Shown here piece by piece: positions 12,413 through 23,441 of a stretch of 64,000 nt of DNA; position 1 is the first letter of the stretch; each line of letters starts with the position of its first letter. The notes beneath the pieces are model-generated. The model was not told the DNA's origin, did no database searches, and saw only the letters and a list, made by a program, of their open reading frames with translations. The DNA comes from an uncultured Nitrososphaeraceae archaeon (lineage in GTDB: Archaea; Thermoproteota; Nitrososphaeria; Nitrososphaerales; Nitrososphaeraceae), in NCBI GenBank assembly GCA_963825865.1, contig CAWGVG010000013.1:32001-96000 (forward strand). Reading direction: 5' to 3'. A program made the position numbers and the translations under genes.

Positions 12413-12850
12413 CTATGATCCTTTTATGGGAATAATATCCTTAGTTAACTGACTGATATTCGGAGATGTTCCCCTTGCAATACTTACCAATATATCAAGT
12501 GCCTTTAGCATATTCTGAACAAAACTATTCCAATTTGCAACTGCAACATCTACATTCTGCTTATGTATATTCAAAATGTCGTTATTTATGGTTAAACTAC
12601 CGTCCGCAGATGTAGGCAGTAACATACCTATGTCACCATCCAACTCTATTCTAGTTCTAGCCAAGGCATGTACATTAGCTAAGCTTCTCAATGCTGCCAC
12701 TATATCACGGGCATCATTATTAGGGTCAATCTCGCTCTTTGGATCTCCTGCAGCCGTAACTATTTCAATGTATGAAAGATCGTTAAGCTCCCTTTTCATA
12801 GTATCCGTAAATTTTTCCCAAATACTTTTTTCTGTTGTCTCTCCTGACAT
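12413..12850 (-). CDS. Module protein A2 (intact 145 aa T[KR]IELDGD-family protein)
   Basis: LNDLSYIEIVT...LARTRIELDGDIGMLLP...INNDILNIHKQNVDVAVANWNSF. Confidence 0.85.
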   Translation of the reverse strand: MSGETTEKSIWEKFTDTMKRELNDLSYIEIVTAAGDPKSEIDPNNDARDIVAALRSLANVHALARTRIELDGDIGMLLPTSADGSLTINNDILNIHKQNVDVAVANWNSFVQNMLKALDILVSIARGTSPNISQLTKDIIPIKGS

Positions 12851-13059
12851 AATAGACGATAATGGTTATTCTTAAAAAGCATATTGGTAGCATAAGAAAG
12901 GGAAATACAGGATCAACATTTGAAACAGTTAGTGGTACAAAGATGTTATCAATTTATCGGCCAATTCAATTAGGTAATCGTATAGTAATATTATTACTAT
13001 TAGGTAATCGCTTCTGGGGAGTAATTTTAATAAAACCAGCTATCTGATAAGTCAAAATA

Positions 13060-13315
13060 GGGATAAAAAAGATACAAGGCATTGTCTTTGGCTAAAGAGT
13101 GTTATTCTATGAAGCTTGAACTATTAACTAATGCTACGGTAGTTGATGATGCTATTAGGTTTGTATCTCAGAAATCTAAAGAGAAAGTAAAATCATCACT
13201 TAGTAATAGTAATGAAGATAGCAAAGAATTAAACGAGCCCGATTACGATGAAGATGAAGATCAGCTAGAAGAGGAAGAGCTGACTACCGAGATGACAGTA
13301 AATAGAGTTTTCTGA
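13060..13315 (+). pseudogene. C-terminal fragment of a multicopy Nitrososphaeraceae mobile-element protein
   Basis: LSLAKECYSMKLELLTNATVVDDAIRFVS plus an acidic tail; recalled family, N-terminal part absent. Confidence 0.55.
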
Positions 13316-13372
13316 AGAGATTTAGACATCCATATAGTGAAATCCTTTCACTAGTATGCGCTTTCGCATCCA

Positions 13373-13570
13373 GTGGCTTTCAAAAATAGATACCACAAAC
13401 GCAGCAATGCTGAATCAACCAACTCCGCATTCAAAAGAAAGTTTGGTGATATCCTCGCTAGCAGAAAATGGAATATGCAGAAAATAGAAACAGGAATAAG
13501 AGTTGTAATTTATAATATTAGGCTACTCATAAGATACAGAATCAGAACAGAGATGGAGTTACTGGACTAA
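13373..13570 (+). mobile_element. IS5/IS4-superfamily transposase, C-terminal fragment
   Basis: YHKRSNAESTNSAFKRKFG is the Y-x2-R-x3-E-x6-K signature; followed by ...VVIYNI. Confidence 0.8.
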
Positions 13571-13996
13571 GCCGATCGTTGTTGTAAGTTCTTAACCAAA
13601 TCAAATGATAATATAGATCCGTCAGAAGCAAAATGAAGAGCTTATGCAATGTGGATCTATTGGACTGTGACAGCTAAAGTGAGGAAAAGCCATAAAGTTG
13701 GTGGCGGTAAAGCTGCAAAATTAAAAATAAAAGTTCTTCTTATTATTTTTGATTTTCTATTTCATTTTGTTGTAATGTTTAAACACTTTCAAAAGATATT
13801 CAATTGATGGTCTGATCGATCCTCAATCCTTATGTGTGGAGAATCTGATGCTGTGTCTATGGTGCCAATAATATGAATAAAGAACGTGGATTGTAATAGG
13901 CGTAGCAGTAGTTTAGTTCCTTATAAAAAATCAAATGATAAAATAATTAACAAAAATAAGTATGAAGGCTCATGATTAATTTCGTATAAAAAGCAA

Positions 13997-14715
13997 ATGC
14001 CTAGTGAACAAAATATACGCTCAATATGTACAGATCCTTCTGTATTGCTATCTTATGATCATCTTGATGAGATGATGAGAATCTTACAGATAATTAAAAC
14101 TGATAATAGATTACCTACTTTAGAGGTCGTGATTCCTACTTCATTGTATGATGACCTCATTTACATTATAGAAAATCGAAATTCTTCACCTCCTCCTTCT
14201 ATTGTAGAAATATGTGCAACATGGCTGTCCATTCAAAATGATCAAGACGCGATTGAATATGCGAGAAGTCTATCTCGTAGTGATGAATTTGTTAATCTCT
14301 TCAGACGATTCGTCAACGAGTTTGCGCCAAGAAGAGCAACAGAATTAGTTGAAGATACAGAGAAGGTAGGGCAAGAATCTTTTTTTAAAAAAATCTTTGT
14401 AGAGAAATTAGGAGGACTGGCAAAGCCATTTTCGAAATGTCAGCAGTATCGGAGAAGTTTAAATCAAAGATAATAGCATTCAAGGATAAAACAATTTCTT
14501 TATTAAAGCAAGTCGGAGTCAAAGTAATAGAAGGGTATTCAGCTTATAAACAGTCAGTAAAACAACGTCAAGGTATCCGTTCTTTTCTAAAGATCGTCTC
14601 TTTTGTATCTAGCCTGGTTTTCAACCAAGTTGTGAATGCGTTGCAAATAACCATTCCATTTGCAATTCCACCTCAAGATATTATAAAAGGAATACTTGTT
14701 GTGGCAGATGGTTAG
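13997..14715 (+). CDS. Hypothetical protein with PIN-like N-terminus and hydrophobic C-terminus (frameshift near 14420-14440)
   Basis: ICTDPSVLL...VVIPTSLYDDL resembles the first two PIN strands; ORFs 13997-14473 and 14437-14715 overlap. Confidence 0.5.
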
Positions 14716-14717
14716 CG

Positions 14718-14778
14718 AACGTGATAAAAACAAAGGCACTCTCGCCGACGAATCGCTGTGCCATGGCGAGGCCTATGC
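14718..14778 (-). pseudogene. About 60 bp sliver of an SDR oxidoreductase gene
   Basis: Reverse complement reads GIGLAMAQRFVGESAFVFIT, the SDR Rossmann helix; nothing else of the gene is visible. Confidence 0.6.
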
Positions 14779-14924
14779 CTCATGGTATGGTTCGGATATT
14801 AACGCAGTTCCTAAATTCATATTATCAGAATTATCATTATGGATGGATGGAAGGATTGTTTTATTCTACTAATTATCTGTTTGTATCTTCCATCGTTGTA
14901 AGTTTTTATCATAGATAATAATGA

Positions 14925-15911
14925 GGACAGGATAAAAAATTCGTAGACATAGTTTGCAAATATGAGCCTATCGGACTTGGATTTCGAGAGTTACAAAGAA
15001 AGACTGGCTTAAGTAATGATGGCACTACTTCACGACTTAAACGTCTAGTTGAATTTGGGATCTTGGAAAAAGATATGCTTGGATGCTATCACATAACTAA
15101 GAAAACAAAGGCCAAATACGAAAATGGAACTTTGGTCATGCCTTCTGATATAAGGAGTGAAAAGCATAAGGATAAAAAAGCAAGACGTGACAATGCATAC
15201 ACAATATTAGTATCCAAAGCAGCAGATGGGGATTATCGTTACAGACCTACATTAAAATCCCAATACGGTAATTCGTCCATGACTGATGTTAAGACAGGTA
15301 AGGATGTAAGTTATTCTGGTTATCATATTCCAGGAGTTGGACTATCAGACTTTAAAAAAATTGAAGGTCCTGCAACGTTGGATAAGGATTGGATACTCAA
15401 TACAATGATAATAATAATTTTTCAACCGAGTTATGGAGAGAACCGCGGTACATTATTGCAGAATCCCTTATTACAGGAGTTCATTATAACATGCTGGACC
15501 ATTCTAGGTTTTGTCCTTTTTAGAATGAATGAAACATATGTGTATAAACGATGGCCTAAGCACCGAGTGAGAACCGGTAACGGAAAGAAGTCATCATATG
15601 TCTATCACTTGTATATGAAGTGGTATAAACGATTATTTGGAACGTACAGATTTACCCAGCATAATTTCTCACAGCTTTTAGCAAGAAAAAGGAATTTCGA
15701 AGAATTGGATAAAAGCACCCAAAAAGAGGAACTTGCAAATGCAGATGATTTGATAAGCTTATATGATAATGGAATAAAGGAAAATTATAAGATCATTATG
15801 GATAACAAATATGCAGCAATACATGATAAATACAAAGATGTGGTGACAGCACTACTGGATATAGTATATCCAATGTTTCTAAGGGAACTACATGAGCAAC
15901 ATAAAATTTAA
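14925..15911 (+). CDS. Winged-HTH-containing hypothetical protein (start uncertain)
   Basis: Frame is open upstream of 15063: FVDIVCKYEPIGLGFRELQRKTGLSNDGTTSRLKRLVEFGILEKDMLGCYHIT. Confidence 0.65.
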   Translation, partial: GQDKKFVDIVCKYEPIGLGFRELQRKTGLSNDGTTSRLKRLVEFGILEKDMLGCYHITKKTKAKYENGTLVMPSDIRSEKHKDKKARRDNAYTILVSKAADGDYRYRPTLKSQYGNSSMTDVKTGKDVSYSGYHIPGVGLSDFKKIEGPATLDKDWILNTMIIIIFQPSYGENRGTLLQNPLLQEFIITCWTILGFVLFRMNETYVYKRWPKHRVRTGNGKKSSYVYHLYMKWYKRLFGTYRFTQHNFSQLLARKRNFEELDKSTQKEELANADDLISLYDNGIKENYKIIMDNKYAAIHDKYKDVVTALLDIVYPMFLRELHEQHKI

Positions 15912-16019
15912 TGCTGATAAACTACCCATTTTATTCTGATTTATTAGTCGTATGTAAGATACATAATTTATCTATCTTGTAACATATCTAAAGCCTAACG
16001 ACATGGGATAATATTGGCA

Positions 16020-16575
16020 CTAGACTTTATTATTATTTAGTATTCCAGATTTGTATAGCATTTGTGCTGTTTCGTTTAGCTGATTTTGGTTCGTTATACC
16101 TCCAAGTGTAGATATCAAAGTTTGCAATTGAGATTGCATATTGTTGAACTGTTCCTTCATTATCTTTAGCTCGTCTTCCTTTTTGCTCTGTGACTGTAGT
16201 GCTTCTTGGTATCCTTCAAAACTCATTATCATTTTACACTTTGAACAGAATTTAGAGTCCTGGGTGTTACCTTCATTGCAGTTAGAGCATATCTTTGGAT
16301 TCAAGATATCAATTGGAATATTGTTTTTAGTTACTATGCCATATGCTTCTAATAGAGATTCACTTGATTCATTGCCAAAATAATGAATGTATTTTTGTGC
16401 CATATTGCTGTTCATCGTCCATCCTGCATGTTGGTTTAATATGCTAGATTTTAGCTTTGTAGACTTTTCAGTTAATACTGAATGGCGTCTTATGTAAGGA
16501 TTGAATGGTTTCAATAACAAGGCTTTGATTTTCTCTTTATCCTCGTTTGATATTGTTGGATCTTCTAATGCAAGT
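16020..16575 (-). pseudogene. Tyrosine recombinase/integrase C-terminal fragment with zinc ribbon
   Basis: PYIRRHS (HxxR box variant), HAGW, catalytic Y in QKYIH, CxxC...FCSKC; N-terminal part missing. Confidence 0.85.
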
Positions 16576-16910
16576 TACTGCATTCTTTTCTGACCATTTG
16601 ATCGGCCCTACACTTCATCTTTATGGGCAACAACAATACATCTAACACATGTGTATGGTAGTCGATAGCCTATCCCTGTCTTTACAAATCGGGCTCTAGT
16701 AATACATGTTGATGATAATAGAAAATAGAATAGATCAAATAAGGCAAGACGTGTTAATTGATAACAATGACATCAGATGTATGATAATGCGTCTACGTCT
16801 AGATATTTTTTGATGAGTAGATTTTGGATAACACTGACTACTCCAGTAGTATTTTTATAATTTGTGAACCAAATGTTCTATAAGGTAGGACTTCCGTATC
16901 ATCCTATCGT

Positions 16911-17189
16911 ATGAAACAAACAGACAATACATCATGTATTCATCTTCAGCAAGTAAATCAAAATATAAATGCAAAAACACCAAACGGTTGTGAAGAATGT
17001 CTAAAGCTGGGTTCTACGTGGGTACACCTACGTCTTTGCCTTACATGCGGTCATGTTGGCTGCTGTGATTCTTCTATCAACAAACACGGGACCAAACATT
17101 TCCATTCAACTAATCATCCCATCGTAAAATCTTTTGAACCGGGAGAGGATTGGGAATGGTGTTATGTGGATAAGACGTACGTTGCATAA
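16911..17189 (+). CDS. UBP-type zinc finger protein
   Basis: CEEC...WVHLRLCLTCGHVGCCDSS...H...H...HP...SFEPGEDWEWCYVD. Confidence 0.93.
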   Translation: MKQTDNTSCIHLQQVNQNINAKTPNGCEECLKLGSTWVHLRLCLTCGHVGCCDSSINKHGTKHFHSTNHPIVKSFEPGEDWEWCYVDKTYVA

Positions 17190-17704
17190 AACAACTACCC
17201 CATAACAACTCGTATATGCCAATATATAAACTCGTATTTACGAAGCCATTTTAAGAAATAATATGGCCTGAAAGTTTTTCAAAAACTACTATGAGGTGCC
17301 ACCATGCATATCCAAGTTAAGAAAATTGTCTACTATCTTCAGTATCTCAATGATGGTTTGTGGTTCGAAATTAAAGAATTAGAAATTGATCAATGTTTGA
17401 CTCCTAATGTAACGATGGACGGCAACAGGAGATCAAGCCGCCAAAATTCTAACAGATGTATCAGGGCATAAGGCTAAGTGAAGTTCCAAGGGATTGAATG
17501 AGTCAGATGAATGAAGATATGGCACTAATGTATGAATGGTATGGAATGATAGTGTAGGAACCAATATCGACCTGAGATCTTTTTAGTATGTAGTATAGTA
17601 TAAAATGATAGGCATACAAGAATGCCTCACTCTTCTATAAGATAGATTCGTGCCATGTCTGCTCGTTCAAACTGAGGCTGTAGGCGAGTTGATATCGATA
17701 TATT

Positions 17705-18250
17705 ACTGACATTCCAATTCGCAGCGATCTCATTTGGCACGTGTCGGCGCTGCTTCATGGGTGCTTTGGAGGAAACCCAGCAAGACCTCATCACGTGTCT
17801 TCGCGGTACGTACCACATCGTAGGGCTGCAGGAACTCTCATCTCCGCATGGTAGAATGCCTCCGGTGGTTGGATGGGGTAGTCCTTGAAACCTTGAGGCT
17901 CGGGATAGGTATAGGAGTAGAAAGCAGGTTCATCGACGGGACCGCTGCCAGGCCAGAAACTGCAACTACTCACTTCGTGGGAATAGGCCTCGACTGCCAC
18001 AAAACTGGCCAAGTTTGGTGCGCCTGGGTGCGAAGGCGCCGTACGTTCGGAAAAGCAGGCTACTCGATAGGCGTGGTCCAAATGGTTACAGGCATCTCAA
18101 GCGTTCCCAAGGCATTCATCGATTCTTGATAAAACTCATCTACTGAACGCGCCCGGAGAGGGATTTGTCTTGGTAGAACTATCAGTAGTTTTGACGACCA
18201 GAAGATGAGCAATGAAATCGAAGTCTATCTGGAAGAGTCACTCATTGCAG
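17705..18250 (-). pseudogene. DUF5996-family remnant
   Basis: FQIDFDFIAHLL, EAYSHEVSSCSFWPG, PAFYSYTYPEPQGF and FLQST in broken frames; locally GC-rich. Confidence 0.75.
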
Positions 18251-18294
18251 GGCATGACGAAAAATGTTCTATATTAGTTTGGAAAAACTGATAT

Positions 18295-18570
18295 GGAATC
18301 GCAAAATTAATTGCTTTGTTAAACAGTTTGTTTCCAAATGTGTTGAGTATTGAAATAGATCTTTTTTGTCTTTTCCCTTGCACTCTAGAACCCACAATTA
18401 TATCTGCTTTATTATTTAGTAATGGTTTAAGTAGTAATTCTAAATCCGAAAAAGAATATGTACCGTCAGCATCGATAAATACCACAATATCAGCTCCAGA
18501 GTTACCTACGGCCTCCCGTATAGCACTGCCCTTTCCCCTTTCTCTTTCACCATTTTTTTGTTACTCTCTC
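18295..18570 (-). pseudogene. GT2 (DPM1-like) glycosyltransferase internal fragment
   Basis: KGKGSAIREAVG...VFIDADGTY...ADIIVGSR...GNKLFN; both ends missing. Confidence 0.75.
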
Positions 18571-19004
18571 CAACTTTTTGTCTTTCTTTTCGGTAATCGA
18601 GATTTTGATGTGTATGCTTTTAGGCCAATTGATATCAAATGAGTACTTTTGCACATTTGGAAAATAAAATTAAACTATAGTGCTGCTTTTTCCTACTGTC
18701 ATACAAATCTCGATTTTAAAAAGATTTACATTAAATTTGTTATAAATACTACTAATAGGCGGTAGACATATTTGGTTCGCCACTTTATTTGTTATTTTTC
18801 TTTAAACTGGTACGGATACGTTCATCATTGGTCGTTACATACCAATTTTGCCTTGTTGCTAGACAAATCACATATTATGTAATTACTAAAGCATATTACA
18901 GATAATATTAGAGATCGATCTATAAAACATATGTCATCGTATTCTTTTTGCCGTACGAATTTTGCCGAAAAAGGAGAACAAAGTACTATAAATTTTGAAT
19001 TTTA

Positions 19005-19415
19005 CTAAAATGATTTTACTAACCTGTACGTCGCCTTTACAGCTCCTAACGTTACCTTGAAGGGCAAGGATTTGTTAGACCATTCAATTACTACTCTTTC
19101 TCCATGGTCTTTCAAAATTGATGCTATTTGATTCCAGAAAACGTTACTAGCGCCTCTAGTGGCTTCTTCTAAGGCTGTAACTCCCTCTATCGTAGTAAAA
19201 AAGTATTCTCTAGATGAAAAATGCATTCTTCGTTTCCTAGTCCTTTCGACAAAACCCTGTAGCATTAGGTTGGTAATCAAGGGAGAAACAACTGAAAAAT
19301 CAAGCGCAACTTCTTTCGCAATTTTCTTTTCTGTCTTTGAATTGGTTTTTATGCATTTAAGGATTTGAATTTCCCATCGATTTAGAGATATTATTTCCTT
19401 ACTAGTGTCGTTCAA
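19005..19415 (-). CDS. Winged-helix (MarR-like) protein
   Basis: EIQILKCI...EKKIAKEVALDFSVVSPLITNLMLQGFVER...TIEG. Confidence 0.65.
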   Translation of the reverse strand: MNDTSKEIISLNRWEIQILKCIKTNSKTEKKIAKEVALDFSVVSPLITNLMLQGFVERTRKRRMHFSSREYFFTTIEGVTALEEATRGASNVFWNQIASILKDHGERVVIEWSNKSLPFKVTLGAVKATYRLVKSF

Positions 19416-20055
19416 TGCTATATGCCTATATTATTAACATACAAATTATTTAATTTATCTACTCGAGATAATCATTGCTCTTAGACGATGTAATCAAAAA
19501 TATGTTTCTGTATCGTTAGCGTTGGGTAAAGCTATTTTGTAGACTGTATCAATTCGTCGGATAAACGATCAAAGTTTGCTTATTACGTCATATAACCTAA
19601 TTGTCTACTCTTGAGAAGTAAAACGCTTTGTAATTCAAAGGAATTCAATCGGTGGTATAAAATTAGATACTATTACGATCACTTACAAGATTTGATACAA
19701 TAGTACATCAAACCAAACAAATCAGATAGGTTTATACAACATATACAAAAATTTCCTGTGTGCCCGATAGGGAATCAATAGATAAAGTACAGTTCAGCAC
19801 ATCCACTTGACCCATCGACCGAATTTCTCGTTAATAATAATCAGGCACTTATCACAATCTTTAATGCTATGGTTGATTTGGGTTCATCTTGGATGAAGAT
19901 AACTCTCCATGAATGGTATACGAATTATTATATAGATTTATACGGGAAAAGGGTTGAAATTCCATGACAGATATATGTAAACATCTATGCCTAGAATGAT
20001 TGATAAAAGCTGTAGCGTTGCTGTACTGAGTTATAAGGAGGTGACTATACCTTGT

Positions 20056-20400
20056 TTATTGCATTGGATTAATAGAATGTCCAACGATCCTATCACCTTT
20101 CATCATGAGACAGCATGCACATTTTTGATTTAAACAGATTCCTGCTTGTTCATGTTTACAGATGGAACATTTGCATAGTTGTTGTTGTTGTTGTATGTTA
20201 ATCGAATTATCAATTTTCTTCTTCTTCTGCGGCTGCTTTGATTTTTCATCAACATATAACCATAATAAAATTAAAGGTATTCCTATTACAAAGAATATGC
20301 TTATAGTTGGTACTGGAATCCGTAAAACAAATAAGAATATTCCAAAACATAACGTAGCTATACCAAGAGCTGAGAGCCAACGGTTTGCAAGACTATCCAT
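20056..20400 (-). CDS. Two-TM protein with C-terminal Cys/His cluster
   Basis: Two hydrophobic helices, polyQ, CKCSICKH...C...CACC...H. Confidence 0.7.
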   Translation of the reverse strand: MDSLANRWLSALGIATLCFGIFLFVLRIPVPTISIFFVIGIPLILLWLYVDEKSKQPQKKKKIDNSINIQQQQQLCKCSICKHEQAGICLNQKCACCLMMKGDRIVGHSINPMQ

Positions 20401-20416
20401 TTATACAAGTCAACAC

Positions 20417-20725
20417 CTATCTGATATATGGCACTTCTTCTTTCTCTTCCTGTTGTTGTTCTCGTTCTTCATTTTCTGTAGAGACTTCTCTTACTATACT
20501 ACCATCATCTAGTGAAACCTTTTTTCGTTTTCTTCGTAACTTTCTTACTTCCTCAAGTATTTCTCTTAATTGTTCCTCGGATATCTTTGCTATTCTAGAG
20601 TCACATTCTATACCTTTTGATTCAAGAACCTCCTCTGTTAGATTAATGATCTCATCTTTCTGCTGTTCTTCATCCCTAGTTAGCATATTAGTACTTTTAA
20701 AGCGGAAGAAGGCAAATTCACTCAT
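20417..20725 (-). CDS. Charged hypothetical protein
   Basis: 102 aa E/K/R-rich ORF 16 bp upstream of the two-TM gene. Confidence 0.55.
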   Translation of the reverse strand: MSEFAFFRFKSTNMLTRDEEQQKDEIINLTEEVLESKGIECDSRIAKISEEQLREILEEVRKLRRKRKKVSLDDGSIVREVSTENEEREQQQEEKEEVPYIR

Positions 20726-21351
20726 GATGATTACTATTACAATAAACTTGTTATTATGATCTGCGTTGCTAGTCTAAAATTCCCTATCTCCTCTGTATTC
20801 TGCTTCTACCGGTGGATAGATAGGATTGAAATAATTGAATATGCAAGGATGTCTAAAAAGATACATTTGTTAGAAACCGATGAAGATAGGAGTGAAATCG
20901 TGATGACAGAAATATGTTAACGATTGCACATCTACAGCTACTCACTGCAATTTCAAAAATTGCTTTACGTTTCTATATGATTCACCAGTAAAGTAAAGTT
21001 GCATCGCAGAGGTCTGTTATTACTCCTGCTGCAATGGGTAATGAAACAATTGAGGCAATTCCTATCCAACCCCGGAAATCAACCATAATCCATGATAATA
21101 CAAGTAGTTGATGCTAAGAATATCACTAATACTTTGGACAGAATACCCATTCAAATTACTATCATTTAAGAAATAAAGTGTTTGTTCCACGACAGTTAAC
21201 ATTTTTTCAATTTGCTATCGGCTGATCATAAGTTGATAGAACTAAAAATATCAATATTATTATATGAATCACAGACGAGAAAATTAAATCGGGGATGGTG
21301 GTTTGACTTATTTATGCCTATTAATTCATTATATGACATGTTGGTACAGCA

Positions 21352-21651
21352 ATGTCATTGAGTGATAAAAAGAATAATAATACAGTTTTCAAACCGTTCT
21401 TAACTGCGGGTATAATAATCATCGTATTCGGTGGAATATGTATTTGGATTGCGGAGATTATCGGTCTACAAGAAGAGGGAGAAGGTTTTAGAATAATAGG
21501 TTGGCGTTTTATAATTGGTGGGATAGTAGCAATTTCCATTGGATATTTATTGAAACATTTTAACTATATTTACAAATATTCTTTGTATTTATGGAGAAAA
21601 TTTGGTTATAAACGAAAGCGTAGTAAATATGACGATTTATATAAACCGTGA
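21352..21651 (+). CDS. Small two-TM membrane protein
   Basis: Two hydrophobic segments and a basic tail. Confidence 0.55.
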   Translation: MSLSDKKNNNTVFKPFLTAGIIIIVFGGICIWIAEIIGLQEEGEGFRIIGWRFIIGGIVAISIGYLLKHFNYIYKYSLYLWRKFGYKRKRSKYDDLYKP

Positions 21652-22275
21652 CTAGCGGATTTTTAAGAACCAGGAATATGAGCGGTTGGTAACAACCAAC
21701 CAATTATTTGTAAACGATTAATAAGCAAGACTTGCGCCAGTCGCTAGCGATATTTCCAATGAATACCTTGGGTCTACACCTAATTCTCTTTGTGTCAATC
21801 AATAATTCAGCTAAAGACCTTCGTCTTTCTTCATTTTCTAATTTTCTATTATTTTCTCGAATCTTAGAGAATTTAATTATTGTTGATGATTTGTCACTAT
21901 AATTTTACATAAGTTGATAAATAGCTGGGAGTACTATTAAAAATATAGAAAATGATATGAAGATGAGGACAATTATTAACTAATATATACAACTCCCTAA
22001 AAACAACAACAATAATAACAGAAATGCGTATGGAACAGAGAAGAGGAAACAGAGGCATAGTAGAGTACAACCGCGCAAGCTAAAAATAATAAAATAATAA
22101 TAATAATTATTATTCTCCTATTTTAAACAATGACAATTTTTATCATTCCCCTAACAATAATCATGAGCATTATCGTTCTGAATCTTCTGAATTTTCTCTT
22201 AATCATCATCCTCCCACTCATCTACAAGATCAAAAATCAAATACTGTCAGCATAGAGACAAGAAATGAGTCATTT

Positions 22276-22674
22276 TACAAGAGAATTCTCATTGTAGATG
22301 ATGATCCTGATGTTACCTTTACCTTCAAATCAGGTTTAGAAGGGTATTACCATGATAACGATAATAACACCTACAACAAGACAAGATTTGAGGTATACGC
22401 ATACAATAACCCTTTAGTAGCATTATCAGAATTCAAGCCAAACTTTTACGATCTATTACTAACCGACATTAACATGCCTGATATGAATGGCTTTCACTTA
22501 TGCCAAAAGATATTAGAGTTAGATGATAACGTTAGGGTTTGCTTTATATCTGCAGGAGAAGTAAATATTGAAGCGTTAAGAGAAATACATCCAAAAATAA
22601 ATTTAGGATGTTTTATCAAAAAACCAGTTTCAATAGAATATTTGGTCAAAAGATTGTCCGCGGAGTTAGAGTAG
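22276..22674 (+). CDS. Stand-alone response-regulator receiver (start uncertain)
   Basis: Open frame upstream of 22474: KRILIVDDDPDV...YDLLLTDINMPDMNGF...FIKKP. Confidence 0.85.
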   Translation, partial: YKRILIVDDDPDVTFTFKSGLEGYYHDNDNNTYNKTRFEVYAYNNPLVALSEFKPNFYDLLLTDINMPDMNGFHLCQKILELDDNVRVCFISAGEVNIEALREIHPKINLGCFIKKPVSIEYLVKRLSAELE

Positions 22675-23066
22675 TAGTATTTGATCCTATGAATTAAAAC
22701 AGTAGATGCGTTGTCTCGTTGAGTATAATAAAAAAGAAAAATGAAACCTTTCCGTCTCAAGTTGAATTTGTAACAATTAACAAATGACAGCCTATTAAAA
22801 TGACTATTATTTTCTGTAAGTATCAGTGTTTTTGCAGCCACCATCTATTCATAGCTACATTAGGAGAAGAACAAGATTATATATCATTATCATCTTGTTG
22901 TGCTCATAATGAAGTAGATATATTAGATAGCACTCTTAAAAAATCATAAAGTATTTTTACTAAAGTAGTTTAGCATCTTTTGACACATTATGATATCTTG
23001 AAAGTCTAGTGTAATTGGTCTAGATAGAGGCTAGACATAGAGAGTGAGGGAGAGAGATAAAAAACA

Positions 23067-23441
23067 ATGAAAAATAGAATATTGATAGTAGATGATGAAG
23101 ACGATATTAATTTACTATTCAAGATGGTTTTAGAAGATAATGGATATAAAGTTGATACATTTAACAATCCGCTTGTAGCATTACAGAATTTTACAGCTGG
23201 TTCTTACGATTTACTACTTTTGGATATGTTAATGCCAAAGATGAATGGCTTTGAGTTATATCAAAAAATGATAATGTTAGATGATAAAGTTAAGATATGT
23301 TTTTTGACAGCAAGTGGAGTAGATCAGGAGGAGTTTAGAAAGAAAGCAGCATTTACTGATGCCACTGAAATCTGTTTTATTATCAAGCCAATTGAAAATA
23401 AAGAGTTGATAAAAAGAGTAAGGGCGCTATCATTGTATTAG
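23067..23441 (+). CDS. Stand-alone response-regulator receiver
   Basis: RILIVDDEDD...LLDMLMPKMNGF...FLTA...IKP. Confidence 0.93.
   Translation: MKNRILIVDDEDDINLLFKMVLEDNGYKVDTFNNPLVALQNFTAGSYDLLLLDMLMPKMNGFELYQKMIMLDDKVKICFLTASGVDQEEFRKKAAFTDATEICFIIKPIENKELIKRVRALSLY

Noticed and set aside
22276-23441. Orphan receivers as a novel signalling system
   Set aside because: Stand-alone receivers and MEDS proteins are commonplace in this lineage; no kinase or output link visible.
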